Source: Macrostomum hystrix
Taxonomy: Eukaryota > Animalia > Platyhelminthes
Direction: 5' to 3'
DNA length: 64,000 bases
Assembly: GCA_950097015.1 (NCBI GenBank)
Contig: CATNEN010000029.1
Coordinates: 6,634,001 to 6,698,000, forward strand
Shown here: in pieces, positions 14,317-26,267 of the stretch
Layout of the letters: every line of letters begins with the position of its first letter
How positions within the stretch are numbered: position 1 is the first letter of the stretch
The notes under the pieces: model-generated
The model's input: the letters and a program-made list of their open reading frames with translations, nothing else
The model's database searches: none
Told to the model about the DNA's origin: nothing
Program-made: the position numbers and the translations under genes

Positions 14317-15404
14317 AGCAACTTCAAAAACAGACCAACCCACTCTCCTCTTCTCCCTTCCTAATTTTCTTTCTCCCTGTCTATTTTTCCCTTGCCTCTC
14401 CATTTTCCGCCAGTCTTCCGGCTCTATTGAAAGTCTGCAGTAGCCAGGGGGGCCAAGAGCCTCCTAGAAGCAACGCAGTTAGTGGGGATCAGTATTTTCA
14501 GAAATTCGCTGACCTCCTTCCAGATTCCTTTGATCCTTTGCCACAAAAGTTTTTTCCACCCTCGCGGCCTCTTTCGCTCCCACTGTCACTCTCCCAGCCG
14601 CAGTGATTCAGCATTTGCATCATCGTCACACTGCACGGCGTAGCGAGGATATAAGGAAGCGGACTGGGGCAGAATAACAGATTATAGAACAGCTCAGTCC
14701 ACCCTTCTTTGCCACACCCGAACAGGAAGCGAGTCGGGGCGGGGCACAGGATACCTGAGCAGATCAGGCTAGCCAGACGAAACAGGAGCCTACTACAACA
14801 CAGAGAGTCTCCTGCCATTTCCCGTAGCCGTCTCGACTTTGCTCGCTTGTGCAGTTGTGTTTTTATTCAACCACAACCGCTCCGAACCGCGACGACAAAA
14901 GCCCGCCCACTGCCACCCGCTTTTTTCTCTGCACTCCCCAAATCTGTTCGTCTTGTTCAAAGCCCAGGCTAGCTAGCCAGTGTCCTATTACCTCCTGCCG
15001 TCCTCATCCTGCTTTCCTCCTGCTGCCCCAGACTCTGCAGGTCTCTCCAGGAGGCTATACTGACCGTTGATTGCCCAGACCGCTCCTCGCCCCCACCCCA
15101 CCGCACCCCAACAAAGCCGACCCACGCGGCGGAAAACAGGCAAAGCAGGAAAGATTGTGTGTGTGTGTGCGCGCGCCGGCCCCAGCCCCCAAAAATTCTC
15201 TCCCTCTCGCCCTAGCACACGCGGAAGCCTGTGTTAGGCGTTCCTTCAGTTCAGCGCCGCCTCGTCTTCCTCCACACTTCCTTCTCCGAGCGTTTTTTGC
15301 CCCGCAGCGAATTGGACTGCCGACCATAGCGACCTCGCCTGCCCCCGCTCTGCCCCACCCACAACCTCTGCCGACACAGACAGACAGAGAGAGAAGAGGC
15401 GGTC

Positions 15405-16778
15405 ATGAATACTGACGAGCCGACTGTTCGTCAGGCGAAGGCAGAGTTTCTCAAAGCCTTGGACATTGCGACGCGGAATTTTTCTTCAAGCCTCCACGGC
15501 GGCGGCGTCGGCGGCAACAGCGGCAGCGGTAGCGGCCCTAATCAAACTTCCGCTACTTTGGCGCCAGCCGTTGTTGCCATGACAACCAGTGGCGGCTACC
15601 AGATGCCGACTCCAGCAGCAACGCCGAGTCCACCGCCGACGCCGGTGTTGCTCTACTCGCTCGGCTTCGGGCTCGCCGGGCTGACAGTCCTCGCCCAGCT
15701 GGTCCTGGCCCTGCTGGCCTTCGCGCGGGCCTGCCGAAAGCGACGTCGCCAGCACGCCGACTGCCTCTACGGACTCTGCGCTCACGCTGCCATCGTTGGC
15801 GCCATTCAGGGTGGCTACGTGACCGTCGCCCACACCCTGCTGCTGGCCCGCGGACCCGATGGGTTGGGCGACCCGCTGTGGCGCGTCAACTGCAAGGCCT
15901 ATCTGTTCTGCCGCACCCTTCTGCCTGGCATGTTCCTACACCTGCTGGCCAGCATCGGCGTCGCATTCAAGACAGTCCGGTATCCGGCCAGACGCTGCGG
16001 CGGCGGCTTCTGCGGCCGGGCCGGCAGCCTGGCGGTGCACTGCCTGCCTTGGTTTGTGTGCAGCGGCGCCCTGCTGCCCGCCCTGGTGCTGCACAAGGAC
16101 GCCACCGAGTCCGCTATTCGAGCCGGCAGATGCGCCATGCCTGAGCTCTGGCCCTGGCTGGCCCCGCTGCTGCTGCTTTTCGGCCTGCCGCAGGTGGCGC
16201 TGCTGCTTCTCACATGCCTGCTCTGCGCCTTTCGGCCCTACGAGGCCAGCGCCGATGAAGAAGATGATGACGATGACGACTCCGGAGAGAGGGCCAACAA
16301 CGGCGAAGGCGAGCCTCGACCGCCGGGCTACCTGACGGCGTCAAATAATCTGCACCTGAGGCATCCACAGCAACAGCAACAGCAGCCGCCGCCGCCGCCG
16401 CCGCCGCAGTCCCGCACTCTGCTTCGCGGCCGTCCAATGCGGATCGCCCGCCTGCTGCTGATAGTGCTGAACTGCCTGGAGGCGGCCACCCAGCTGCCCT
16501 ACTCTGTCATCAGCCTGCTGCAGACGGTGCTCCGTAATCGCCAGGCGCGGCACCTCATACCCGACGACACGGTGGACATCGCCTTCTGGCTCCACCTGGC
16601 CTTCTTTCCCGTAGCCAGCGTGTTCCTGGCCGCTCTGGTTGTTCAGCTGGACAAAGCCTACCAGATCACCGAGCGCGACATTCATCAGCGCGGCGGAAAA
16701 GTCGGCGAAGGCATCGGCGTTCGGGGCGGACCGACTGACGAGGTGCTCTACACCGCTAGCATGCTGTCCTCGGTGTAA
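15405..16778 (+). CDS. Single-exon divergent rhodopsin-like (class A) 7TM receptor, orphan, 457 aa
   Basis: Seven hydrophobic segments. N-terminal sequons NFS and NQT. TM3 Cys (NCKAYLF) with an ECL2 Cys (GRCAMP), TM4 Trp (LPWF), TM5 Pro (FGLPQ), TM6 Pro (QLPYS). Acidic/polyQ/polyP third intracellular loop. GC-rich sequence; AATAAA at 17011-17016. Confidence 0.75.
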   Translation: MNTDEPTVRQAKAEFLKALDIATRNFSSSLHGGGVGGNSGSGSGPNQTSATLAPAVVAMTTSGGYQMPTPAATPSPPPTPVLLYSLGFGLAGLTVLAQLVLALLAFARACRKRRRQHADCLYGLCAHAAIVGAIQGGYVTVAHTLLLARGPDGLGDPLWRVNCKAYLFCRTLLPGMFLHLLASIGVAFKTVRYPARRCGGGFCGRAGSLAVHCLPWFVCSGALLPALVLHKDATESAIRAGRCAMPELWPWLAPLLLLFGLPQVALLLLTCLLCAFRPYEASADEEDDDDDDSGERANNGEGEPRPPGYLTASNNLHLRHPQQQQQQPPPPPPPQSRTLLRGRPMRIARLLLIVLNCLEAATQLPYSVISLLQTVLRNRQARHLIPDDTVDIAFWLHLAFFPVASVFLAALVVQLDKAYQITERDIHQRGGKVGEGIGVRGGPTDEVLYTASMLSSV

Positions 16779-17010
16779 TCCGCTTCTGCCTGACCCGTAC
16801 CTCGATCTATCTATGCCGGTGTGTGCTGGCAGATGCAAGCATTCGTTGGGGTGTGTACTCTGAATTGCACTTCAACGACGCGTCCAACCTATTTAGCACA
16901 CCCTACACAGTCCTTCCCCTTGTGTTGTCAGCTACGAAATGCAAAAAAGTATTTAGCGTTTAGCTGTTCAAACGCAAAATTGCACTAGCCATTCAGAAAT
17001 TTGTAAATTT

Positions 17011-17016
17011 AATAAA
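17011..17016 (+). terminator. Candidate polyadenylation signal of the 7TM gene
   Basis: AATAAA about 230 nt after the stop codon, in AT-rich sequence. Confidence 0.45.
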
Positions 17017-17184
17017 GTAATAATTTATCTACTGCAGCTAAATTAATTTTTAAATAGAAAAGTAGTAAACTGGAAAAGGCACGAACAAATTAATGGCTTC
17101 TTCTGTGCTGTCAACCGTCTTCTATTTTATTAGTTTATTAGTTTATTAGTTTTTTAATCAAGGATTCCAGTGGCACATTAGCAC

Positions 17185-17495
17185 ACACAGACACTCACAC
17201 ACAGACACTCACACACAGACACTCACACACACAGACACTCACACACACACTCACACACACAGACACTCACACACAGACACTCACACACAGACACTCACAC
17301 ACAGACACTCACACACAGACACACACACAGACACTCACACACAGACACTCACACACAGACACTCACACACAGACACTCACACACAGACACACACACAGAC
17401 ACTCACACACACAGACACTCACACACAGACACTCACACACAGACACTCACACACAGAGACACTCACACACAGACACTCACACACAGACACTCATT
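17185..17495. repeat. 14-bp ACACAGACACTCAC array
   Basis: Visible tandem array. Confidence 0.9.
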
Positions 17496-17749
17496 GCGTC
17501 TCTCTCTCTGTGTGGCACTCTCGCGTGCGGCCTTGTCTATCGGCTTCTCGCAGTTCCCATGAGAAATAAACGGAGAGAGAATAGAAGAGAATGAGAGGGG
17601 GGGTATGGACGCCGTTCTCCTGCGGTCATCGAATTCCGAGTCTGCTCAACCGGCTCATCGGTCCCTGGGTTTTCCGCGCTAGAAGAACAGGAAGGGAAAC
17701 TGCAGTTCGCCACTGGGCACCCCAGTTCTAGCAAGTTATTAGGGGTGCA

Positions 17750-18300
17750 ACTCATTGATCCACCAATCCACTCATTGATCCACCAATCCACTCATTGATC
17801 CACCAATCCACTCATTGATCCACCAATCCACTCATTGATCCACCAATCCACTCATTGATACACCAATCCACTCATTGATCCACCAATCCACTCATTGATC
17901 CACCAATCCACTCATTGATCCACCAATCCACTCATTGATCCACCAATCCACTCATTGATCCACCAATCCACTCATTGATCCACCAACCCACTCATTGATC
18001 CACCAATCCACTCATTGATCCACCAATCCACTCATTGATACACCAATCCACTCATTGATACACCAATCCACTCATTGATACACCAATCCACTCATTGATA
18101 CACCAATCCACTCATTGATACACCAATTCACTCATTGATCTACAAATCCCTCATCCATCTATCCATTCATTCATCCATCCATCCATCCATCCATCCATCC
18201 ATCCATCCATCCATCCATCCATCCATCCACTCATTGATCCATCCATCCATTCATCAATCTATCTATCCATCAATCCATCCATTCATCAAGCCATCAATCC
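17750..18300. repeat. 20-bp CTCATTGATCCACCAATCCA array followed by (CATC)n
   Basis: Visible tandem arrays. Confidence 0.9.
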
Positions 18301-19953
18301 AGGTTTCCGTCAATCAATCAATCAGTCCATTCATTTAGCAATGCAAAGCAATCTGCCTATCAATCAAGCCATGCTGAATCCAGCACAAGCTAGGCAGCAT
18401 CAACATGATTTTCAAGCTCAAATTTTTCATGTTAGAAACATCCTCATCAATTTTCGTCAGCCGGGGTCGCACAGCTCCCTTTCAAAATGAGGATTTGTCT
18501 GGGCGCGAAAAAATTGAGTTAGCATGGCTTAGCCTGCTTCCTCGGTGCCCCCGAGGAAGACGCCGCAGCTCCATCAGCCTCGCCGCTCAGTCTTTTCTGA
18601 TTTGAGGCGGCCCGACTCATTTTCTTGCGTTGCCTTCTAATTATTTAGGGGCCGCCGGCACAGCGGATGGTCGGGCCGGCTATTTCCTTTGTTGAGCCCT
18701 CTATCAAGCTTTACTAGTCTCTAAGGACAGATTCCGTGTGGGGATTATGGGAAATTCGCCGAGAGAAGGTAAAACGAAATATGCTTTTCCATGCGTTTTG
18801 AGACGCAGTTTACTATGCAGAGGCTTAGGGCTCAGGGCAATGAGAAATATCAGTGATCCTCAAGGAAGCTAAGCTAATTGGCTTTCTGGGATTTCAGGTC
18901 TCAATCTCGGAGGGGAAATCGTTAAAATGACAAGAGGTGAGGCAGTTGAAAGCAGATTACTGAGTTTAGCTGATTATGGGGAAACAGAGAAACACGTGCC
19001 TATAAATTTTGTAGGACATTTCACAGGATATAACAGCGTCACGCTACTGTTAGTAACTCGCTATGTACGAAATGCTATACTTGACAGTAGAAAGACCACG
19101 AAGGCCTTTCAAACGCGCCCATTTTTATTTTTCTGTATCTCCCAATCGCCATGAAAATGCAGAACACGGCCTAAAATGTGTCGCTCAATCCAATGAAACA
19201 ACTTCCAGAATCACGGAACATCAGCATTGTCGAGATATTCAACGATTCTCGTCGGGGGGTGTGTGGTAGTGCATAAATTTTCTGCTCACAGAAAGTCATA
19301 GTGTAGCTATATCGGATATCATTCTTAACTATTTTGGATTGATAAAATTTAAATCTTTTTAATTTTTTTAACCAAAATGGATTCGCCAATATAAGCCAAA
19401 AAAGGTTTTATCCACTGTTGAAGAGCTACAACACTGGAATTTCTTCAACTTATTGTTTTATAAATTATTCCCGCGTTTTAATTTAGGATGTGGGCGCAGG
19501 ACATCATTTGCGAGACAAATTTGTTCAGTTAGAAGCATATTTGTTGGCAGAGCCAAACAGATAACTGGGCAGTGGCCAAGCGGAGTAACGACACGCTTGG
19601 CTACTGTTCATCTGTTTGGTTGAGGCAAATTTGCATTACTGGCGTGGTGAGCAAACAGACATTGCGTGGCAATAATAGCCTCAGCAGTCTGCAACCAGGA
19701 AATTGGCCAGGCATCCCGTGGCACGTTCCCATAATTGAAAGCAATGAGGCGACTGCTTATGGAAGAAATATATAGAAATGTCAGAAGCAACGTCATTATT
19801 AAGTTAGACAAATAGTCAATAGACTAATATACTTGTAAATTTGACGGACGCATTACCTAAATTAGGTAGCTCGATTGGTCAATAAATATTAGTGTGGATA
19901 CCAAAAATATTGCAAATTGCTGAAAATATTTTGAGAACGCATTACGAATTGTG

Positions 19954-22029
19954 ATGGAAGCTGAACAGGGAATAGAAGGTGAGCATCGGTTTGACCCGCT
20001 GCTGTCAGCACAGCTCACCCACTGCATTGAGTCGGACGATGTGCCCCAGATGCTGACGGTGCTCTCTGAAGCTGGACTCACCGTCGAGCACCTCGGCGGA
20101 CATCTCTCCTCCGACACTGACCAGTCGTCGCGACGCACCTGCTGGAGATCATCGCGTCCCGCATCCTCATCGCACAGAGTCAGCTTCAGCAGAGTGCCTC
20201 ACCTGAGCATGCTCATGCAGAGCTCACAGGTGCTGAGCTTCATCTCATCTGAGCATCCTCACCTGCTGGCGACGCTGGATGACTCGGGCTGTGGTGTGCT
20301 GCACTGTCTGGCGATGGCGAGTGTGCTGCGGAGAGAGAGCGCCAGCGGCAGTGGGCAGTCGGCGGCATTTGAGACGTTCCAGACTCGCCTGTTTCGCATC
20401 CTGAGCGATGCCGAGAGTCCGTGCTCGGAGCAGCAGTGAGTAGCCACTGACATTGAGACGTCTGCAGTCTCACCTAAGCTCGCATTCCACATGCAGCCCT
20501 AACGCTCAGCTTCATGCACAATGTCCACCGATTTCAGGTCGACTCAGAGTCTACTGCACTCGCTCTGTCTCATTGAGAACTCGACTGGTCTGAGAGCGCT
20601 CGAGTTCTCTGTCCTCATCGGAGCATACTCCACATTCCAGTGCATCCTCAATGTTGAGGGATACATTCTGACGAAGCAGGTGAGCCACGGCATTCGAGTT
20701 CGCAGCACCTTCGACCTGCGAGAGTACGACCTGATGCAGGGCGATCGACGGGACAAGAATCCCATGCTGATGCTGACGCTGATCTCGACGGAGCAACTGG
20801 AACTTCTCGTGCAGTCGAGGCTTCTCGATTTACAGCTTGTTAGCAAGTGGATCAAAGTCATCGATGACAGCATGTGTTTCATTGTCTCCACAATGAATAT
20901 TGTTCCTCCGGCTGTTGGAAGCGTTTTTGGTGTTTACTCTTTCACATTTATTGTGGTGGCTTCGATGTTACAGGGCGGCTATTACTTGGAGAAGGGATTC
21001 TATGAGTACGGCCGCATTTTGAAGTCCACTTTGGGATCTCAGAGCGTCAATGCTTCAGTAGTGCATCAGTACTGCACGCCGGACCGTATCATTGAGTACC
21101 TACTAAATGCTTCTAATCCAAGCAACATTGCAGTACGCATGACCTCACCCATATCCTGGAGCAACATCTCACGCCTGCAAGCTGTTATGCACAGAAAGTT
21201 GGTTCTGTACTTTCTGTGTCCAAGCTTGTGCGTCCAGTTGCTTGTCATCGTATATAGTCTACTGAAGGATCGCCATTTTTTCTCGCTAAGCTGGATGCCC
21301 CGCTGCACCACATTCGTTGTGCAGTCCAATTTTTACCTGACCGCCTATTTCCTCAACTGTTGCTGCGGTCTCATCTACTGTGCGGTGGCTATGCAGTTTG
21401 AAAATGCACTGGACTGCTCAAGCTTCGTCCTTGGCATTGAGCTGGACAACTGGCGGCTAGCTCTCCTGACAAACATCGCCGAGTGCTCAGCGGCGCTGTT
21501 CGCCTTCTTTGACATTCTGTCTTTGATTGAAGGCTACGAGCTGATTTGGAAGCCCTTAGCCTTTATGGCAATCTGCTTTCGTCAGATGCTGGCCAAGTTC
21601 ATTCTGGTTCTGCCGCTGCTGCTTTGTTGGAGTTACCTCATATTTGGTACAATGTTCTACCTGACCGACATAGCAGGCCAGGAGTTCAAAAAGTCCAGCG
21701 ACATTTTCTACTCGCCTCTACGCATTATGATGAACATGGCTAGCCTGCCGCAAAGACCGACAGTATGCATTCTGCACTCGATCTTTGCGCTGATTGTCAG
21801 CGTCAACATTGCCAACTTCATCATCGCATTCATATCGAACGCTTTCAACGAGGTTGCTTCGAAATTCGACACCCTGTTTCCCCTATTCGGACTGAACCGG
21901 TCGCTCAGAGGATGGAGGCTCTACGCCTTCCTGCTCAGATTGTTTCACAGCAGATCCCGTTCGGGTGCCCAATCGCAGACCAGGTGGGTTGTCAAGACGT
22001 GGAGCCTGAAGCAACCAGGTGCACTGTGA
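19954..22029 (+). CDS. TRPV-like channel copy 1 (ankyrin + 6TM). Two in-frame ORFs (19954-20439, 20521-22029) separated by a broken intron allele
   Basis: DDSGCGVLHCLA resembles the TRPV ankyrin motif DSRGNTVLHALV. ENSTGLRALEFSVLIG..FQCI and FDLREYD match the TRPV linker. S1-S6 hydrophobic pattern with pore helix FYSPLRI and S6 NFIIAFISNAF. Donor GTGAGT at 20436, but the acceptor is CAT instead of CAG and there is an in-frame TAA at 20500. Confidence 0.7.
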
Positions 22030-22280
22030 AAAATTTTGGCAGCCGGAAGATAGGACAAGCTCGAGTACTTGATTAGAGATCTTTTGGGGTGCAGTCTGCA
22101 TCAGATTGATGACAGTGACTACCAAAACAGTCATTTCTGACTTTTTTCCCAATGTTAAATCTATCTACTGAAATATTATTTAAAGTTAGTAAATGGCCCA
22201 TAGGGATTTCTTGCGGGAAAATTGCTTCGCGAAATAAATAAACTCAGTTGGTTCAGATTTGTCGTCGAAAGCCTACCAGC

Positions 22281-22510
22281 TTATACATTTATTGCGCGGC
22301 GCATCTGAAGGCTGCGTACGGCTGTTCAGTCCAGGGACTGGGGGACGCCACACCCACCCTCAATTACCCGAGATAGTGCTGGTAGCCATTTAACAGCTGT
22401 GGGAACTGAAACAATGAAGAGTCAAATGTCTTGCTAAATGACGCAAATTGTTGGGAATCGAACCTCAGACCTTCAAGTCGAGAGTCCGACGCTCCGCTAG
22501 GCTACAGTCC
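22281..22510 (-). mobile_element. tRNA-derived SINE with CORE-like central domain
   Basis: Minus strand: A-box TAGCCTAGCGG, B-box GTTCGATTCC, then GCAAGACATTTGAC...TCAGTTCCCACAGCTGTTAAATGG, resembling the MIR/CORE consensus (GCAAGTCACTTAAC...TCAGTTTCCTCATCTGTAAAATGG, recalled from memory). Ends GCGCAATAAATGTATAA. Confidence 0.7.
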
Positions 22511-23091
22511 GAATCTCGTCAGTGCGCAACAGCCGATAACTGCATTAAACACTAAGTTTAAGAATGTTGACTGCGCAAATTTAAATTGATGCAAAAATTA
22601 CATCAGAGCACAACTCAGAAAGCAAAACGAAAGTATGAGTCTGAGATAAAGTAAGAACTATCAGATTAAACCGAACAAGCATAGCTCTAAATTAAATTAA
22701 TCATTATCCAAAGCTTTGGTTGACACTAACCAAACGTTTGCGCTTCTATTAATTAACATCAGGCAGTGCCTGGCATAAATCAGTTTGAGATAATTACAAC
22801 AGCCCGCAATATTCAATCTGGCATGCCGACAGGAAGTTTGTTCGCCAGAGGCCAGGCATCCCGTGTCACGTCCCATAATTGAAAACAATGAGGCGACTGG
22901 TTATGAAAGAAATATATGGAAATAGCTGAAGCAACGTCATTATTAATTTAGACAAAAAGTCAATCTACTAATATAGATTTGACGGACGCATTACCTAAAT
23001 TAGGTAGCTCGATTGGTCAATAAATATTAGTGTGGATACCAAAAATATTGCAAATTGCTGAAAATATTTTGAGAACGCATTACGAATTGTG

Positions 23092-25206
23092 ATGGAAGCT
23101 GAACAGGGAATAGAAGGTGAGCATCGGTTTGACCCGCTGCTGTCAGCACAGCTCACCCACTGCATCGAGTCCGACGATGTGCCCCAGATGCTGACGGTGC
23201 TCTCTGAAGCTGGACTCACCGTCGAGCACCTCGGCGGACATCTCTCCTCCGACACTGACCAGTCGTCGCGACGCACCTGCTGGAGATCATCGCGTCCCGC
23301 ATCCTCATCGCACAGAGTCAGCTTCAGCAGAGTGCCTCACCTGAGCATGCTCATGCAGAGCTCACAGGTGCTGAGCTTCATCTCAGCTGAGCATCCTCAC
23401 CTGCTGACGACGCTGGATGACTCGGGCTGTGGTGTGCTGCACTGTCTGGCGATGGCGAGTGTGCTGCGGAGAGAGAGCGCCAGCGGCAGTGGGCAGTCGG
23501 CGGCATTTGAGACGTTCCAGACTCGCCTGTTTCGCATCCTGAGCGATGCCGAGAGTCCGTGCTCGGAGCAGCAGTGAGTAGCCATTGTCATTGAGACCTC
23601 TGCAGTCTCACCTAAGCTCGCATTCCACAGGCAGCCTCAACGCTCAGCTTCATGCACAATGTCCACCGATTTCAGGTCGACTCAGAGTCTACTGCACTCG
23701 CTCTGTCTCATTGAGAACTCGACTGGTCTGAGAGCGCTCGAGTTCTCTGTCCTCATCGGAGCATACTCCACATTCCAGTGCATCCTCAATGTTGAGGGAT
23801 ACATTCTGACAAAGCAGGTGAGCCACGGCATTCGAGTTCGCAGCACCTTCGACCTGCGAGAGTACGACCTGATGCAGGGCGATCGACGGGACAAGAATCC
23901 CATGCTGATGCTGACGCTGATCTCGACGGAGCAGGCGGACTCGCTGGTTCAGTCGAAGCTACTCGGCTCTCCCATTGTTAAGAAGTGGATCAATACAATT
24001 GAAGCCGACATGCGCTCAACCGGGATGTTAAAGAGCGTCTTCATTCCCACTGTCGTTGGTTGTCTGAGTCCCATGACATCCGCTTTCGTAGGTGTGACGA
24101 GTCTTGTTCAATTCGGTCACTTGTTGGAGATGGGCTACAATGAGTACGTTAGCATCCTGAGGTTACAGCTTTCTGCCTCGGCCCACATGGCTTTAAATGT
24201 CACGGTTGAGGAGGCCGAGATGTTTGTGAAATTTCGCTGCTCCACCAGAGCGGTTTTGACTTTCCTGTCCAACCGAACGAATCCTGCCAACAGGGCGGTG
24301 ATCAGCACATCACCGATTTATCAGACCAACGTCAGACGTTTTGAAGTGTTCGAGTCACCTCTAATTGTAACTATGGTGGTAGCCGTCTACCTGCTTATTC
24401 AGATGGTAATTATTTTGCACAGGTCGATATTAGGCTGCTGCACTCATCGTTGGACACCACGCCGGTGGAACTACCTCGTGCAGAGTAGTTTCTATGACAA
24501 CGCATTTTTATTAAGCTTCATCTGCGGTCTGCTGGTAGTGGTTTCTCGATTCCTGATGATGTCAGAGCTGAACTGCTCAGACTACATCCTGGGGCCCGAA
24601 GTTGATAACAATCGCCTACGTGCTCTCGCGACTGCCTCAGAGTGTGCAGCTGTGCTGTTCGTGTTCTTCAATCTGTTCAGCTTCTTTGAGGTCTACGAGA
24701 CGGTCCTGAAACATGTTGCCTTCATGAGCATCTGCTTTCGTTGGATGCTGGTCAAGTTTGTTCACGTGCTGCCGCTGCTTCTGTTCTGGGCCTACCTTGT
24801 ATTCGGAACAATGTTTTACATGGTCGACCTCAAGGGCCACGAGTTCAAATCGCAGTTTGATGTTTTCTACTCGCCTCTGCGCCTAATCACCAACTTGGCT
24901 CAGCTGTCACCTGGCGTCCCGACAGTTTTCCTGCACTCGCTGTTTGTTCTAGTCGTGACCATCAACATCAGCAATCTAGTGATTGCGTACATTCTGAATG
25001 CCTTCAAAGATGTGGCAGCCAAGTTCGACGTAGTTTACGACCTGTCCAGGCTGAATTGCGCATTGAAGACTTGGCAGTTCTATTCTTTCCTGACCAGACT
25101 GGGGCGCAGCTGTTCCAGTGATCAGGCTTCAGGCTATCTCCTGGCTGTTTGGAACCTGCGACAACCAATGAGCTGGCCGAACTCTGCTCAAATACACAGG
25201 CATTGA
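23092..25206 (+). CDS. TRPV-like channel copy 2, intact: exons 23092-23573 and 23631-25206
   Basis: 57-nt GTGAGT...CCACAG intron (23574-23630, phase 2) joins the two ORFs in frame as ...SEQQ-QPQRSASCT-MSTDF... Same TRPV motifs as copy 1. Confidence 0.85.
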
Positions 25207-25319
25207 GGCTTGCTCAACCATTCAGAGCATACGCATACGTACGGCAGCTCGCTTGCATCACAAGGATTGACTAAAACAGTGAACGGTTGTTGTTCCGTCA
25301 TCCTTTGTTATAATCTGTG

Positions 25320-25500
25320 CACGATGAGTATTTAGCTCTAACCGAAGGTCAGGAGTTCAAATCTCAGCCCAAGGGAAGCGATTGGGGAAGAAATTTGGGG
25401 GGAGGAATGTGGTGGCCTCCAGTCAAAACCCAGTCCATGGACTAAACAGTAGTACACACTGGCCTTACATGAGACCTAAAAGAGTTAGTTGTAATTTCTA
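25320..25500 (+). mobile_element. Degenerate SINE related in its 3' part to the 22.3-kb SINE
   Basis: B-box-like GAGTTCAAATC at 25353-25363. CCCAGTCCATGGACTAAACAG (25429-25449) matches CCCAGTCCCTGGACTGAACAG in the 22.3-kb element. Confidence 0.5.
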
Positions 25501-25664
25501 TCTTCTATTTTATTACAATGATACGCTCTCTGGTATGACATTATACTCGAAATGTCGAAAATTATTTTCCATCAAAATTATAATAGTAAATATAACATCC
25601 ATACACTAAAGAGTGCGTGCTTGCACAGAAAATTTTTCTCGAAATTCGAGGCGCATTAAAAAGT

Positions 25665-25935
25665 TTATTTTTTGGTTTTTCCTAAACTTTTAACAATCGC
25701 CAAATAGAACATGAAAACCATATGGTTAAAGTGCTTATCCGAGTAGTAATTTGATATATAGCCTGCTGACACTCCAACCTCTTCTGCCAGCTCTTGGCAT
25801 GTCCGTCGCCGATCATCATCCAGGAGCTCTTGGACTTTCTTCATCACTTTCTCGTTGGTGGCAGTCATTGGCCGTCCAGAACTATCATTGTCTTCGATGC
25901 TTTTTCTCCCTTTGGTGCGTTGCAGCCAAAAGCTT
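25665..25935 (-). mobile_element. Mariner (Tc1/mariner) transposase remnant, DNA-binding region only
   Basis: GRKSIEDNDSSGRPMTATNEKVMKKVQELLDDDRRRTCQELAEEVGVSAG matches the mariner linker/second HTH pattern GRESxEDxxRSGRP...VxxLxxxDRRxTxRELAEEVGIS. No DD34D catalytic domain visible. Confidence 0.75.
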
Positions 25936-26267
25936 AGCAAAGCCGTTGAGCATTTAGTTAATCTCTGTTTACCTCGCAGGAGAGCTAACATGATAGAATG
26001 ACCAATCGACCAATGTTGACCAAGTTAAACAAATAGGCTATATGAAACTGACTGTTTCAAATTATTATTGCGAGCATGACTCGTCAAACTGTGCCCAATA
26101 ATCTGAAGCCGAGTAGCTGATAAAAGAATCACTACCCGGGTCATTGGCAACAGCAGTGCCTTGCTGGACAGGTGATAAGAGAGGAGGAAAGCCTGATTAG
26201 ACGACATCATTTGAAATTTCTTCTAGTGAGCTAAATCGAAGCCCACAGCACTGGCCCATTGTCTGCC

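Noticed and set aside
15412-15440. Hammerhead-ribozyme-like core CTGACGA-stem-GAAG
   Set aside because: Needs GAAA, no stems I/III are evident, and it lies in the GPCR coding start; chance match.
15486-16863. Overlapping and antisense ORFs within the GPCR and TRPV-like genes
   Set aside because: Expected shadows of GC-rich coding sequence.
22440-22510. tRNA gene calls for the A/B-box elements at 22.5, 28.9 and 63.7 kb
   Set aside because: No complete cloverleaf or acceptor stem; they are followed by SINE-like bodies.
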